This document shows positions 9,389 to 18,854 of a stretch of 40,541 bases of DNA, piece by piece (the first letter of the stretch is position 1; each line of letters begins with the position of its first letter). This DNA is from a virus (lineage: Duplodnaviria; Caudoviricetes): the IMG/VR virus record IMGVR_UViG_3300005805_000178, positions 1 through 40,541 of that record; one strand, 5' to 3'. The notes beneath the pieces were generated by a model that ran no database searches, was not told the origin of the DNA, and saw only the letters and a program-made list of their open reading frames with translations. A program made the translations under genes and the position numbers.

Positions 9389-10089
9389 ATTAGTTGAAAA
9401 AAGGATTTAACGTAATCGAACATCTGTTTCTCAGCAGTAGAACTTAAATGGTTATCATATTTTTTTCCACGAGCACCTGCGGTTCTTTTATATTCTTGAT
9501 GTGAGGTATCCCATTCATCTTGAAAAATATTTCGCTTCATCCAATCTTGATTGTAAAGATAATATTTTTCAGGATAAGAGTGCCATGTATATACAAATTT
9601 TTTACTACATGGTGTTAAAGTGTATAAAGGTTCTATCATATTCAATGCTGCAGTGGTATTGGCCCAAGAATCACTCATCAACATAGAATAGTCATGAAAT
9701 TTTTGCATTTCATCTAGGTCCAGTACTGGGAAATCCCATACTTCAAATTGTTCCGGTACTTTGGCATACATCTCCGAAAAATTTGCATTGACATGAAAAT
9801 GTAACCAATATTCTTCTGAAAATGCTGTCCAACCAGTACGACTCACTTCTTTCTTTTTTCTGGGATATCGTACACGTGAAGCCTCACCTACACATACCAC
9901 TATTCCATCATCTTCAGACATCATTGGAATATGCTGTAACCAGGATTCTAAAATGGTCCTCATATCAGAACCAGAAACAGCATGATTCACACATTTCAAA
10001 TAGGGTGTGTCTGTTTTTAAATGCTCTACCCATCTTCCCATACCGTCAGCACAAAAAGAATCACCAAATACCCATAATTTATTAATCAT
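9385..10089 (-). CDS. SGNH/GDSL-like hypothetical protein
   Basis: LWVFGDSF, NHAVSGS, C-terminal DNHLS. Confidence 0.6.
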   Translation of the reverse strand: MINKLWVFGDSFCADGMGRWVEHLKTDTPYLKCVNHAVSGSDMRTILESWLQHIPMMSEDDGIVVCVGEASRVRYPRKKKEVSRTGWTAFSEEYWLHFHVNANFSEMYAKVPEQFEVWDFPVLDLDEMQKFHDYSMLMSDSWANTTAALNMIEPLYTLTPCSKKFVYTWHSYPEKYYLYNQDWMKRNIFQDEWDTSHQEYKRTAGARGKKYDNHLSSTAEKQMFDYVKSFFQLI

Positions 10090-10091
10090 GG

Positions 10092-10328
10092 TTACTTAGA
10101 CTTTTTAACCTTACCACCATACTTTTTCTTCACCTTTTTTACAGCAGCCTTGGCTTCAGTCACAGCTGCCTTGGCATCCTTCATGTCAACTTTGCCGTCA
10201 TTGTTCACATCGGCAATGTCTTTGGCCTTTTCTGTCATGGCCTTCAGGGTGACAGGAGCATCTTCTTCACGGAAGAAGGTCCAGTAGAACACACCTGCTA
10301 GTAATACTGCAATTGCTAACCAAATCAT
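10092..10328 (-). CDS. Small N-anchored membrane protein with EF-hand-like loop and basic tail
   Basis: N-terminal TM, DVNNDGKVDMKD, Lys-rich C-terminus; AGGAG SD. Confidence 0.7.
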   Translation of the reverse strand: MIWLAIAVLLAGVFYWTFFREEDAPVTLKAMTEKAKDIADVNNDGKVDMKDAKAAVTEAKAAVKKVKKKYGGKVKKSK

Positions 10329-10339
10329 ATGTATCTCCT

Positions 10340-10477
10340 TTAAGTTGTTTTCTTTTTACGACGAAACATTTTGAACTTCATGATGGGGTCATATTTTGCA
10401 ATATGCGGACTGGATATGACATTGGCTGCCATACCCCCAACACTCATTTCACGGATAAAGTCCTTAAAAGTTTTCAT
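10340..10477 (-). CDS. 45-aa protein with T4 capsid-targeting-like N-terminus (not in ORF track)
   Basis: MKTFKDFIREMSVGGMAANVISSPHIAKYDPIMKFKMFRRKKKTT; ATGA overlap with upstream stop. Confidence 0.7.
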   Translation of the reverse strand: MKTFKDFIREMSVGGMAANVISSPHIAKYDPIMKFKMFRRKKKTT

Positions 10478-10845
10478 ATCTTTCGTAATTTGTTAATGAT
10501 GAAATTGTCTAACGGTATTTCAGCTTCATTAGTTATACCATTTATCATGTAATCATCAGGTAAATAATTTAAAAATACCAGAAACGTTTTCACCTGACTC
10601 CAATGTTCTTCCTCAATTTTAAAAAACAAGGAAGGAATAATAAATGCACCAAACACATTATACAACAGAATAATATGATTGAGTATCAATTTTTCAGAAA
10701 TACCGCCTGTTTTCTTATATTTTCGCAGTAAACGTTTGATGTACTTGAAACGTTTAATATCATCTTCAAATTCTTTCATCCCAGTACAACTAGGATTATT
10801 GTAATTTTTTACTGCGTATAATAAAAAGTTATCATCAGTTAACAT
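10474..10845 (-). CDS. Conserved T4-like hypothetical protein
   Basis: LTDDNFLLYAVKNYNNPSC...EFEDDIKRFKYIKRLL...LILNHIILLYNVFG; start set at MLTDD to avoid overlap. Confidence 0.75.
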   Translation of the reverse strand: MLTDDNFLLYAVKNYNNPSCTGMKEFEDDIKRFKYIKRLLRKYKKTGGISEKLILNHIILLYNVFGAFIIPSLFFKIEEEHWSQVKTFLVFLNYLPDDYMINGITNEAEIPLDNFIINKLRKI

Positions 10846-10861
10846 TGTGTATTCAAAAAGG

Positions 10862-11308
10862 TTATGTAACGGTTGCAGTTCCACCCAAGAACCACCAATC
10901 ACTTCCATACCACACTAAAAATGCTGTATCACCTGCTGAATTAAACACAATACTAGAATGTTTGATATTAGAGGTAATTGATGAATTGGCTGATGCTGAT
11001 GTACACAAAATAACTTTGATTTGTCCATCATATGACCCATCATTAATACCTAAAGAACTCACTGAGCCTGAATTACTAATCAAGGTTAGTGTTTGTGTTG
11101 TGGTGATGGTACCTGAGCCTGCTAACGTTTGTGCATTGTTAAAGGCTAATGCCAATAGACCAGAAAATTTTGTCAAACTATTTGGCAAATTTGCTAGCAA
11201 AGTTGAAATAGTAATTTTCTTGTCCGTACTGGATTGTATCAAATACAGTACGTCCGCCGAATTGACGGACGTAGCTGCGGTAAATTCAGTTACTTTGCTA
11301 TCAGCCAT
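10862..11308 (-). CDS. Putative virion structural protein
   Basis: MADSKVTEFTAATS N-terminus, S/T-rich beta composition, late cluster. Confidence 0.6.
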   Translation of the reverse strand: MADSKVTEFTAATSVNSADVLYLIQSSTDKKITISTLLANLPNSLTKFSGLLALAFNNAQTLAGSGTITTTQTLTLISNSGSVSSLGINDGSYDGQIKVILCTSASANSSITSNIKHSSIVFNSAGDTAFLVWYGSDWWFLGGTATVT

Positions 11309-11314
11309 AATTTA

Positions 11315-11893
11315 TTATGGTCCTACTGTAGTTGTAGTTGTGGTTGTTGGAGCTGCTGTAGTTGTAGTTGTGGTTGTTGGAGCTGCTGTTGTAGTTGTGG
11401 TTGTAGTTGTGCTATCTGGGAATACAGTATCTTCAGCATCACCCATATTAGCAGAAGAAGCACCGTTCTTTGAAAGAGCCACAAGTGTTTCGTATGTCTT
11501 ACGTGAGCCACGTGTAGTTTCAGCAACCCAACCTGCATGTGCAACACCCTTCTTCAACATAGCAGCAATACCCATTTCAGTTGTGTCAACACCGTACACA
11601 TTGGTTGATAAAAGACTTGGGTCACTTGCTAATGATGTTGGTTTTTCACTTAATGAATAAGAGGCGCCAGAATTGATTGTGGTCCAAGTTAATTCTGGAT
11701 TGGCGTTGATTACTGTGCAAGCTGTGTTACTTGCGATAGACTTAATGATAAATTCTTGGTCACCTGAACGAAGAAAATCACCCACAGCTGCTTGTGTGGT
11801 GAATGATGTTCCTGTTCCTGTTACTACACCGGCAGTTGTAATAGCAACTGTGCCTGATGCAGTTTTACTTTCTTTTATGCCCCATCCTGACAT
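11315..11893 (-). CDS. Putative virion protein with mucin-like Thr-rich C-terminal tail
   Basis: VTGTGTSF, HAGWV...ETLVAL, then repeated AAPTTTTTTT. Confidence 0.7.
   Translation of the reverse strand: MSGWGIKESKTASGTVAITTAGVVTGTGTSFTTQAAVGDFLRSGDQEFIIKSIASNTACTVINANPELTWTTINSGASYSLSEKPTSLASDPSLLSTNVYGVDTTEMGIAAMLKKGVAHAGWVAETTRGSRKTYETLVALSKNGASSANMGDAEDTVFPDSTTTTTTTTAAPTTTTTTTAAPTTTTTTTVGP
11327..11410. repeat. 30-bp tandem repeat (2 perfect units plus partial) encoding AAPTTTTTTT
   Basis: gtagttgtagttgtggttgttggagctgct repeated. Confidence 0.9.
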
Positions 11894-11895
11894 GG

Positions 11896-12501
11896 TTATT
11901 CTCCTGATTTGTAAAGTTGTTCGACTTTGTTGAAAAATTCTTTAACATTTTCTGTGGGAAGGTCAGCAATGTTTGTGATGCCGTATTCCTTCATTGTTGA
12001 TAGAAATGCATTTTCATAACTTTCTTTCATACCTTTAGCATTGTCACGACGGCGACGAAGTTCTGCCTTGGCACGTGTTGCCATACGCTTATCTTCAGGA
12101 GAAAGTTTTCCTCCTGCTCGTTCCTTACTCTTGGCATTAGTTGCCAGTGTATCCAACATACCCTGAGGCATCTTCTTTAATGTTTCATCAGTTTTTTCAT
12201 TTACATTGGATTCCATGGCAGGGTTCCTGGTTTGAGTAACGATGGTACGCATTCTTTGAAAAATGGCAGAATCATCAAAAGTGATTCCCATCAACTTATT
12301 TAGTAGCATTGAAAGTACTTGGCGGTCATCAGGAGTTAACATAACACCACCCTGAACTCTATCTAACGCTCTGCGTAAAATAGGTAGAGTTTGAAGTGGC
12401 ATTAATCCCAAACGAACTAGAAGTTCTAGTTTTGGGATATTCAATCCTTCATTCAACTGTTTTCTGATAGACTGTTCCAATGTTTCCATAATTACACCCA
12501 C
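11896..12501 (-). CDS. Hypothetical late protein (possible head/core component)
   Basis: Follows TATAAATA late promoter; LNE/VNE/MKE motifs resembling gp21 cleavage sites. Confidence 0.6.
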   Translation of the reverse strand: MGVIMETLEQSIRKQLNEGLNIPKLELLVRLGLMPLQTLPILRRALDRVQGGVMLTPDDRQVLSMLLNKLMGITFDDSAIFQRMRTIVTQTRNPAMESNVNEKTDETLKKMPQGMLDTLATNAKSKERAGGKLSPEDKRMATRAKAELRRRRDNAKGMKESYENAFLSTMKEYGITNIADLPTENVKEFFNKVEQLYKSGE

Positions 12502-12514
12502 AAAGGTTCAGTAC

Positions 12515-12522
12515 TATTTATA
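12515..12522 (-). promoter_or_regulatory. T4 gp55-type late promoter TATAAATA
   Basis: Plus strand tatttata, intergenic. Confidence 0.75.
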
Positions 12523-12526
12523 TCTA

Positions 12527-12832
12527 TCAGCAGTTCCATTTACGAAGTGCTTTATTAATACGAGAATTTGGGTCTCTTGCCGTCTTGGCAGAAGTTAAAC
12601 GCTTCTTCATTCCACCCATTCTGGCACAAAAGCTCTTTCTACGCTTTGCAGCCTTACTTCCCTTCTTCAACTTGGAGGGTTTGGTGGTGACTGCCATAGA
12701 TAATTTACTGCCTGGATTGGCACGACGATATGAGGCGATACCTTTTCTGTTCAATCCACCCTCAGGATTTTTACCTTCCTTACGTTGCCAGGCTGGTGCT
12801 GCCTCAGTAATGAAATCTTTAAATGATAGCAT
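12527..12832 (-). CDS. Basic protein (DUF6321-like) with capsid-targeting-like N-terminus
   Basis: MLSFKDFITE; AWQRKEGKNPEGGLN...RRKSFCARM...SRINKALRKWNC. Confidence 0.75.
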   Translation of the reverse strand: MLSFKDFITEAAPAWQRKEGKNPEGGLNRKGIASYRRANPGSKLSMAVTTKPSKLKKGSKAAKRRKSFCARMGGMKKRLTSAKTARDPNSRINKALRKWNC

Positions 12833-12837
12833 TTGTA

Positions 12838-13848
12838 TTATCCTTTTTTATAACGTTTTGTTGCCTTTTTTCCTTTACGCTTTCGTGCAATACGTCCCAT
12901 TTCAAGCTTTCGAAGTTGTGGACCTAGTCGTGCAGTTTGTCGTGTAATGAATGATTGTATTGGAGCTCTTTTCAATAGTGCTTCAATTCTTCCTTTTTCT
13001 GAAGGAGATAGTGAAGTTCTTGGGCGATTACGTAATAGTCTTTTATACATCATTCTACGAGCTTTCAATTTGGCACGTTTTTGGATACGTTCAGGTGTGG
13101 CAGCACGATTCAATGACATATTCTTATATAGTTTTCTTTTTGCGCGTGTTCTTATAGCTGTCATACGTTTCTTCATTCTTCCCATGGGAGTGAAGCCAGC
13201 TTCAGCAACATATTCTTCAGTAAATTTTATGAAAGATTTTATTTTACCGGGTGTTTGTCCTGGAGTAGCAGCCAACATCTTTTTAGTAAGTTCTGGTGTT
13301 CCCCATTCATTCTCTTTGCCTAGTTCTTCTGTGACAGGCACGCAATTTGGAACCATCTTGCCCCCCTTCATCTTCATGCCGGCTTGACGGTATCCATCCC
13401 AACAAGGCCCTTTACCTTCATTGGTACTTCTCCAGCCGCCACCCTTGCCACGATACCACTTGGCAGCCCAGCCATTGGCATAGGCGCTGGGATAGACATC
13501 AAACTTGGACCGTGCCATACTTTTGGCGCGAGCCCAGAGCTTGGGATTGGTAGGCTTGTTCTTTTCTTGTAGGTTTTCTTCTTTCATAGTTTTCACCATG
13601 ATGGGTTTGTTGCCTTGACCAGGTTGGTCTTTACCAGGACGACCTGCTGCTGATTGTGCAGCACGCTTTCTACGAACAGCAGATTGAATTTCACCTTTAC
13701 TCATGCTGGCAGCTTTGGCGGCAGGCACACACTTGGCGTAACCTTTCTTCTTGCCTGAAGTGCCACAGGGTTCATAACCGCCACTCTTTTTCTTCTTGGC
13801 GATGTTCACCCATTTTTCTCTGAACCACTTTCTTAAATCTTCATTCAC
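12838..13848 (-). CDS. Highly basic multi-module protein (DUF5872-like module), candidate internal head protein
   Basis: Modules LRKWFREKWV, KPTNPKLW...YPSAYANGW, PCWDGY...VPNCVP separated by xxE linkers. Confidence 0.7.
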   Translation of the reverse strand: MNEDLRKWFREKWVNIAKKKKSGGYEPCGTSGKKKGYAKCVPAAKAASMSKGEIQSAVRRKRAAQSAAGRPGKDQPGQGNKPIMVKTMKEENLQEKNKPTNPKLWARAKSMARSKFDVYPSAYANGWAAKWYRGKGGGWRSTNEGKGPCWDGYRQAGMKMKGGKMVPNCVPVTEELGKENEWGTPELTKKMLAATPGQTPGKIKSFIKFTEEYVAEAGFTPMGRMKKRMTAIRTRAKRKLYKNMSLNRAATPERIQKRAKLKARRMMYKRLLRNRPRTSLSPSEKGRIEALLKRAPIQSFITRQTARLGPQLRKLEMGRIARKRKGKKATKRYKKG

Positions 13849-14441
13849 TTCAACACCACTCCGCCAATCACCACACCTGCCACCACACCCACCACGAATG
13901 AAGTCTTACGACTTGGCAACTTGATGCCAAACATTCTGTTGGGATTCTTGGGAGCAGGTGGGATGTTGTTCACAACAGTTTGGAGACTATCACCACGAAG
14001 TAAAGCAAGTTTTAGTGCGTCATCTTTTTTTAATATGGCTGTTTCTAATTCTTGTATTTGCTTGTCTTGTGTTGTAATGGTTGTTTCTTGTGTGGTGATG
14101 ATGGAATCTTTTAATGGAAGTATCTGTCTGGCAAGTTCTAGTGTATCGGTGATAGTCTCCGTTAACTCTTGTGCTCTATCCTTCAATGATGAAGTTTCAT
14201 TCTTCAATGAAACAACTTGCTTGCTATAGACATTAGCTCGACTTTGTGCTGCACGAGCTTCATTATCAGCAATCACGATTTCTTGTGCTAAACTATCAGC
14301 AAATTTTGTAGCAGAATCTGCTTGAGCCTGAAACTTCTTGTATTCAGAAATGTATTTGTCCATGGCATCATCGCTTGTGGAATCTTGCCAGTACAATGCT
14401 CCTGCAAATGCTAATAACAATCCAAGAAGTTTCAGTCTCAT
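13845..14441 (-). CDS. Spanin-like coiled-coil membrane protein
   Basis: N-terminal TM/signal, long coiled coil, C-terminal hydrophobic segment; immediately downstream of endolysin. Confidence 0.5.
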   Translation of the reverse strand: MRLKLLGLLLAFAGALYWQDSTSDDAMDKYISEYKKFQAQADSATKFADSLAQEIVIADNEARAAQSRANVYSKQVVSLKNETSSLKDRAQELTETITDTLELARQILPLKDSIITTQETTITTQDKQIQELETAILKKDDALKLALLRGDSLQTVVNNIPPAPKNPNRMFGIKLPSRKTSFVVGVVAGVVIGGVVLK

Positions 14442-14463
14442 AACATCTCCTTTCGTTTATTTA

Positions 14464-15063
14464 TTACTTCAACAGAGCGTAGAATTCCTTGAAGTGCTTG
14501 ATTCTATCTTCAAGACCAATGGTGCCACCATTCACCTTCTTGGTGATGGCAGTGACATCAGCATCTGTGGCACCCTTGTCTGACAAAGCATTCAAGCCAC
14601 GTGAGTTCCAGAACCAGGCAGCAGACAGAAGAGGATACTTGGTGGCCACCAATTCAGGTGTTTCCAAGATGTTTTCTGGTACAACCTTGTCAAAGGCTGA
14701 GTAGTTGTCCTTGCCAGTCAATTGAATGTAACCACGACCACGATACTTGTAGCCTTCACCTGAGGCTTCTGGGCCGTTGCCCATACGACCACCGTAGATG
14801 AGGTTGGCAATCTTTTCTGGCTTCCGTTCGTATTCCAAAGCCTTGGCTTCGGTTGGGAAATACTTCTTGAACAATCCTAACAAGCCCTTGGCGCCATAGT
14901 TAAGATTTTCATTCACTGCTTTGAAGTTGCCTGATTCATGGCCGCATTGTGCTAGGAAATGGCAAAGACGGAGAGGTGTGTTGATTTGAAACTTCTCCAT
15001 CACTTCAGGAATTTGTGCGATTACTGTGTCAGGAACGTGTCCCTTGAGCTTTTGGATATCCAT
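14464..15063 (-). CDS. Glycoside hydrolase family 19 endolysin
   Basis: HFLAQCGHESG, YRGRGYIQLTGKDNY, SAAWFW, ITKKVNGG..GLEDR. Confidence 0.92.
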   Translation of the reverse strand: MDIQKLKGHVPDTVIAQIPEVMEKFQINTPLRLCHFLAQCGHESGNFKAVNENLNYGAKGLLGLFKKYFPTEAKALEYERKPEKIANLIYGGRMGNGPEASGEGYKYRGRGYIQLTGKDNYSAFDKVVPENILETPELVATKYPLLSAAWFWNSRGLNALSDKGATDADVTAITKKVNGGTIGLEDRIKHFKEFYALLK

Positions 15064-15076
15064 GTGAATCCTCGGT

Positions 15077-16360
15077 TTAAGTTAGTTGGAACCATCCCAA
15101 AGAAGCCACCGCCTTCACGTTGTTGCTGAAACCCAACGCTGCCAGCGTGATGATATCACTCGTACCAGATAGTGTACGACCTAATTGAAAATTGAAATTC
15201 TCTAACCCACCCACTTCCACACGACCATTGTTGGTGATGAATCCTTGTTGTAGGATGGTGCCACCAGACGCTCCTGTAGCTGTGGTATCAACTTGACATT
15301 GACTGACAGCATGGTTGGCAAAGCTGGCGCCTGTCAAGGTGGGATTTAATAGTAATTGATATTTGATAACTTGATTGCTCAATCCTGTGACATCAACTTC
15401 AGCAGGAAGAATAATGGCATCAAGCTGTGTGCTTTTTAATTGAATGCTGATGAGCGGTGTCAACGTGCCAGCTGAACCCAGGTCCACACCTCCACCGCCA
15501 CCTGTGGGTGCATTGGTGCCAAAGTAATATTGACTTTGTCCTTGATAGCCGCCTTCACTCATCACACTGCTACACACTTGTTTCAAAGTGCCTGTAGCAC
15601 CTGTGCTTGTGATTTCATATCTCACAGGCAACACAGCTGTTTGCATGTATGTGCCTGTGATGATGTTGGCGTGGTGGAAGGTGTGAGCCACGATGAATTG
15701 CCCATCAATCACGAATCCAGTACGAACACTACCCACACCCAGCCATTCAATGTCAATGAATAGAATTTGTGACTTGGATAAATCCAATGTAGCCATGGTG
15801 TTGCCGTTCCAATCAGCTTTGGCAACTCGGGTGTCTGTGCCATTGTTTCTTTTCACCATGTAGATGCCAGTGCCATCTGTTTCCAAAAAGATGCCATTGT
15901 TCGCACCGAAATAGCCCACACGTTGTTTCAAGTTGGCGGTGGGTGTGTTCATGGTGAACGTGGTGAGAATCAACAAGCTCTTGCCTGGTTGATATGGGAA
16001 CACACGCTTGGTTTCTCGAACCACAGCATCACCGTTACCTGTGACAGCTAAACTCACAGTGTTGTCTGAGGAGTTGTAGGTCTTGGTGCCAGAGCCAGAC
16101 AATGAGGTATCGAACTTGTCATTGTCAGCATATCTGAAGGCGCTGTCAAACAAGGTGAAGGTGTTGCTGACACGAAGGCGTCCGAAGGCATCAAGTTGTG
16201 TACCCCCAAGATTAACAAGCAACGATCCACCATCTGCGCCTGTGACAGGTAATGGATTGGTAGCTTCCACAACGCTGCCATCCTTGCCAGCGGCAAGCAT
16301 CACAACTTCATATCGTTGTTCTCCATCTTGTACATCTTGTGGCTTGATGTATTGTGCCAT
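15077..16360 (-). CDS. Putative virion structural protein
   Basis: NPLPV, DAFGRLRVS, FPYQPGKS, IEWLGVGSVR motifs; G/T/S-rich beta protein. Confidence 0.65.
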   Translation of the reverse strand: MAQYIKPQDVQDGEQRYEVVMLAAGKDGSVVEATNPLPVTGADGGSLLVNLGGTQLDAFGRLRVSNTFTLFDSAFRYADNDKFDTSLSGSGTKTYNSSDNTVSLAVTGNGDAVVRETKRVFPYQPGKSLLILTTFTMNTPTANLKQRVGYFGANNGIFLETDGTGIYMVKRNNGTDTRVAKADWNGNTMATLDLSKSQILFIDIEWLGVGSVRTGFVIDGQFIVAHTFHHANIITGTYMQTAVLPVRYEITSTGATGTLKQVCSSVMSEGGYQGQSQYYFGTNAPTGGGGGVDLGSAGTLTPLISIQLKSTQLDAIILPAEVDVTGLSNQVIKYQLLLNPTLTGASFANHAVSQCQVDTTATGASGGTILQQGFITNNGRVEVGGLENFNFQLGRTLSGTSDIITLAALGFSNNVKAVASLGWFQLT

Positions 16361-18150
16361 TATTCCATCCCGGATTGTACAGCCTTCATGAGTGATTTAG
16401 CATCCTTCTCCGACATTGTTGAAGGAAGCCCTTTTCTAAAATTTTTAAAATCATCATTTTTAGCAAACTCACGCATCTTACTTGCAGACATTCCTGTTGC
16501 ACCATCAGCATCTGGATCACGTTCACCCGCAGACATCACATCAACAATTTTAAATGTATATTGGTCTGCTACACCATTATATTTCTTTACTGCCAGTTGA
16601 TATTCTTGCACACGGTCGGAACCTGCCACCATGATAACTTTATCATATTTTTCCTGATAAAACTTTTTCAGCCAACCAAAGAATGTAGGCATCTCTGTAG
16701 TTGCCAGTTGAAGATTACAACGAGGAAACATCTTTTGTGCAAACTTCAACTTCGTTTCAGGATCCAACGGATCCTTAGGTGCCTTTTGTGTTTTTGACAA
16801 CACAATTACATAATCACCTTTTTCCTTTTGTGCAAGCTCTTCAACCTTCTTAATCAACTTTTGATGACCAATCGTTGGTGGATTCATTCTTCCAAATGCA
16901 AACACCATGGTCTTCAGTGCTCTATCAGGTTCAGATGGAGGCGTTGCGGGCCCTGACCAATCTTTTACTGCATTGAAATTAGCAGAAGAAAATTCCATCC
17001 TATTCACTAACTTCACTGCATTACCTTTATTATCAATAGCAACATATCCTTCTGGGTCAGTTGCTTTAAATCCCTTTTCAGTTTCTATGAAAGTTCCTAT
17101 ACCTTGAGCAGTATTTAACTTCTTCACAAAAATATTTTTTAACGTTAACAAATCAACATACAAGGAAAACATCGTGCGAAGATTGCCACTATTTGTACGA
17201 AGATATTGTTGTATTTCTTTTATCAATCCCGCATAACGTTCTTTTGCCTTACCAGTTTTTACCCCTGCTTCTTTCTTAGAAATTCTATCAACAATAAAGG
17301 TTTCTAACCCAGCGAGACTTCGCTGCGTTATTGGAGTCCCTGCACGAACTAAACTGTTCACATATATCTTGAACATATATCCTACAGTCAAGTCCACCGT
17401 CTGTTGTGATAACTCATCTAAGAACTTTCTCACTGCAATGGCGTTGTTTTTGGCAGACGCTAATTTTGAACTAACCGTTCGAGATTCCTGTGCCGTCAGC
17501 GTAACCTTACCAGAAATATCCTTGTAAGTTGCATCCTCAATCCAGGCGGTTTTAGATTTTAGCTTTGCTGCACTAACACCAAAAGATGCCGACAAAGTAT
17601 TGACCGGACCTCTTCCTGAATATTTAGTATGAAACACTATTCCAAGGTTGGATTCTAGTATCTTTTTCCCTAATGGATCATTCACAGGGACAGCATACAT
17701 AATGGTATTAGGCTTGAATGTCACATAGTTTGTGTCATCAATGGTCTGCATCTTTTTTGTTTTTGGGGTGAACATCACATCCCCTTGCAGAATTTCTTTC
17801 ATCCCTAAGGGTTGTAATTCACGATACACCACTTTAAGAGTTTCAGCAAGTCCCCCTTCATGATATAAATCAACCATTTCTTCATTAAAGCAAAGCTTCA
17901 TATTCTTGGCAAAGGCCCCGTGTTTTGTTGCCACGAAAAACAACTTTGTTTCCGGATCCTGACCCGCAACAATGGCAGGTGCCCCGTCCCATTTCACCGT
18001 GATATCCACAGAACTACGTGCATTTCCTGAGAATAGCTGGAAAAGCGCCTCAACAAACGCAATGGATTGTTGGGCGCCTTTGTAACCTAGATTAATGATA
18101 TCATCTTCTAGGTGTTCTAAATGTGTATTTTTCTTTCCAGTGCCAGCCAT
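16360..18150 (-). CDS. Fusion: N-terminal DUF6267-like ligase-fold nucleotidyltransferase + C-terminal cytidylyltransferase-family (HxGH) domain
   Basis: KNTHLEHLED, TVKWDGAPA, QGDVMF, PEGYVA, AVKLV; then FAFGRMNPPTIGH, VAGSDRV, SAGERDPD, MSASKMR. Confidence 0.75.
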   Translation of the reverse strand: MAGTGKKNTHLEHLEDDIINLGYKGAQQSIAFVEALFQLFSGNARSSVDITVKWDGAPAIVAGQDPETKLFFVATKHGAFAKNMKLCFNEEMVDLYHEGGLAETLKVVYRELQPLGMKEILQGDVMFTPKTKKMQTIDDTNYVTFKPNTIMYAVPVNDPLGKKILESNLGIVFHTKYSGRGPVNTLSASFGVSAAKLKSKTAWIEDATYKDISGKVTLTAQESRTVSSKLASAKNNAIAVRKFLDELSQQTVDLTVGYMFKIYVNSLVRAGTPITQRSLAGLETFIVDRISKKEAGVKTGKAKERYAGLIKEIQQYLRTNSGNLRTMFSLYVDLLTLKNIFVKKLNTAQGIGTFIETEKGFKATDPEGYVAIDNKGNAVKLVNRMEFSSANFNAVKDWSGPATPPSEPDRALKTMVFAFGRMNPPTIGHQKLIKKVEELAQKEKGDYVIVLSKTQKAPKDPLDPETKLKFAQKMFPRCNLQLATTEMPTFFGWLKKFYQEKYDKVIMVAGSDRVQEYQLAVKKYNGVADQYTFKIVDVMSAGERDPDADGATGMSASKMREFAKNDDFKNFRKGLPSTMSEKDAKSLMKAVQSGME

Positions 18151-18180
18151 ATGTCTAGTATAAAAGTACGAAGATACTAC

Positions 18181-18188
18181 TATTTATA
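18181..18188 (-). promoter_or_regulatory. T4-type late promoter TATAAATA
   Basis: Plus strand tatttata ~30 nt upstream of ATG 18150. Confidence 0.8.
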
Positions 18189-18189
18189 C

Positions 18190-18489
18190 TTAGATACTAG
18201 AGATTAAATCCTCAACTTTCTTTTTTCTATCTAAAAGATGTTGAATGATATATCCTGAAACAAGATTTTCAAGAATATCTGCTAGTCTAGCAGCATTTTC
18301 CTCATTATCTACATCTTCATCATATATGTCATTCTTGAAATCTGTGAACATTTGTTCATAGACAGGCAAAGCCCGGGATAGTTCAGTAGTTAATCGTGTA
18401 GTCTCCTTCTCATTCCAGTTTTCCCAATTTATCTCATACTCTTCGGCCATTCTTTCACCTAGTAGCTTGACAAATTCGAGGTCGTGCAT
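18190..18489 (-). CDS. Acidic hypothetical protein
   Basis: Start MHDLEF with AGGAG SD. Confidence 0.65.
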   Translation of the reverse strand: MHDLEFVKLLGERMAEEYEINWENWNEKETTRLTTELSRALPVYEQMFTDFKNDIYDEDVDNEENAARLADILENLVSGYIIQHLLDRKKKVEDLISSI

Positions 18490-18490
18490 T

Positions 18491-18847
18491 TTACACTCCT
18501 GGATACTGGACGTATCGTTTGAAACGTAACTCTCGTTCAAATTCTGCCAATTTAATTTTCCACATCTGCTTCACGTGTTTCTTTTTAGAAATCTTGACCA
18601 TTTTCTTCATGTTATTTAGAATATGTTCATCACGCACAAGCTGTTCCATGGAATCTCCTGTGTGAACCATGACCCGAGCTCCAGTAAACACTGGCATTTC
18701 TTCGGTCACGGGTTTTTCTAAAATTACCTCATCAACCTTTTTAAAAAACTTGGAGGGCGTGAGCATCATGAACGTAAATGCTAAAAACGTAGGTATATGA
18801 TACCAATGATTTGTTAGACTCGTTATGATGCCCACCGCCAGCTCCAT
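18491..18847 (-). CDS. Hypothetical protein with N-terminal hydrophobic segment
   Basis: ORF packing; CTAAATA-like element just upstream. Confidence 0.6.
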   Translation of the reverse strand: MELAVGIITSLTNHWYHIPTFLAFTFMMLTPSKFFKKVDEVILEKPVTEEMPVFTGARVMVHTGDSMEQLVRDEHILNNMKKMVKISKKKHVKQMWKIKLAEFERELRFKRYVQYPGV

Positions 18848-18854
18848 ACGCTAT

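Noticed and set aside
11327-11410. 30-bp repeats as a CRISPR array
   Set aside because: Head-to-tail with no spacers, in frame within a CDS
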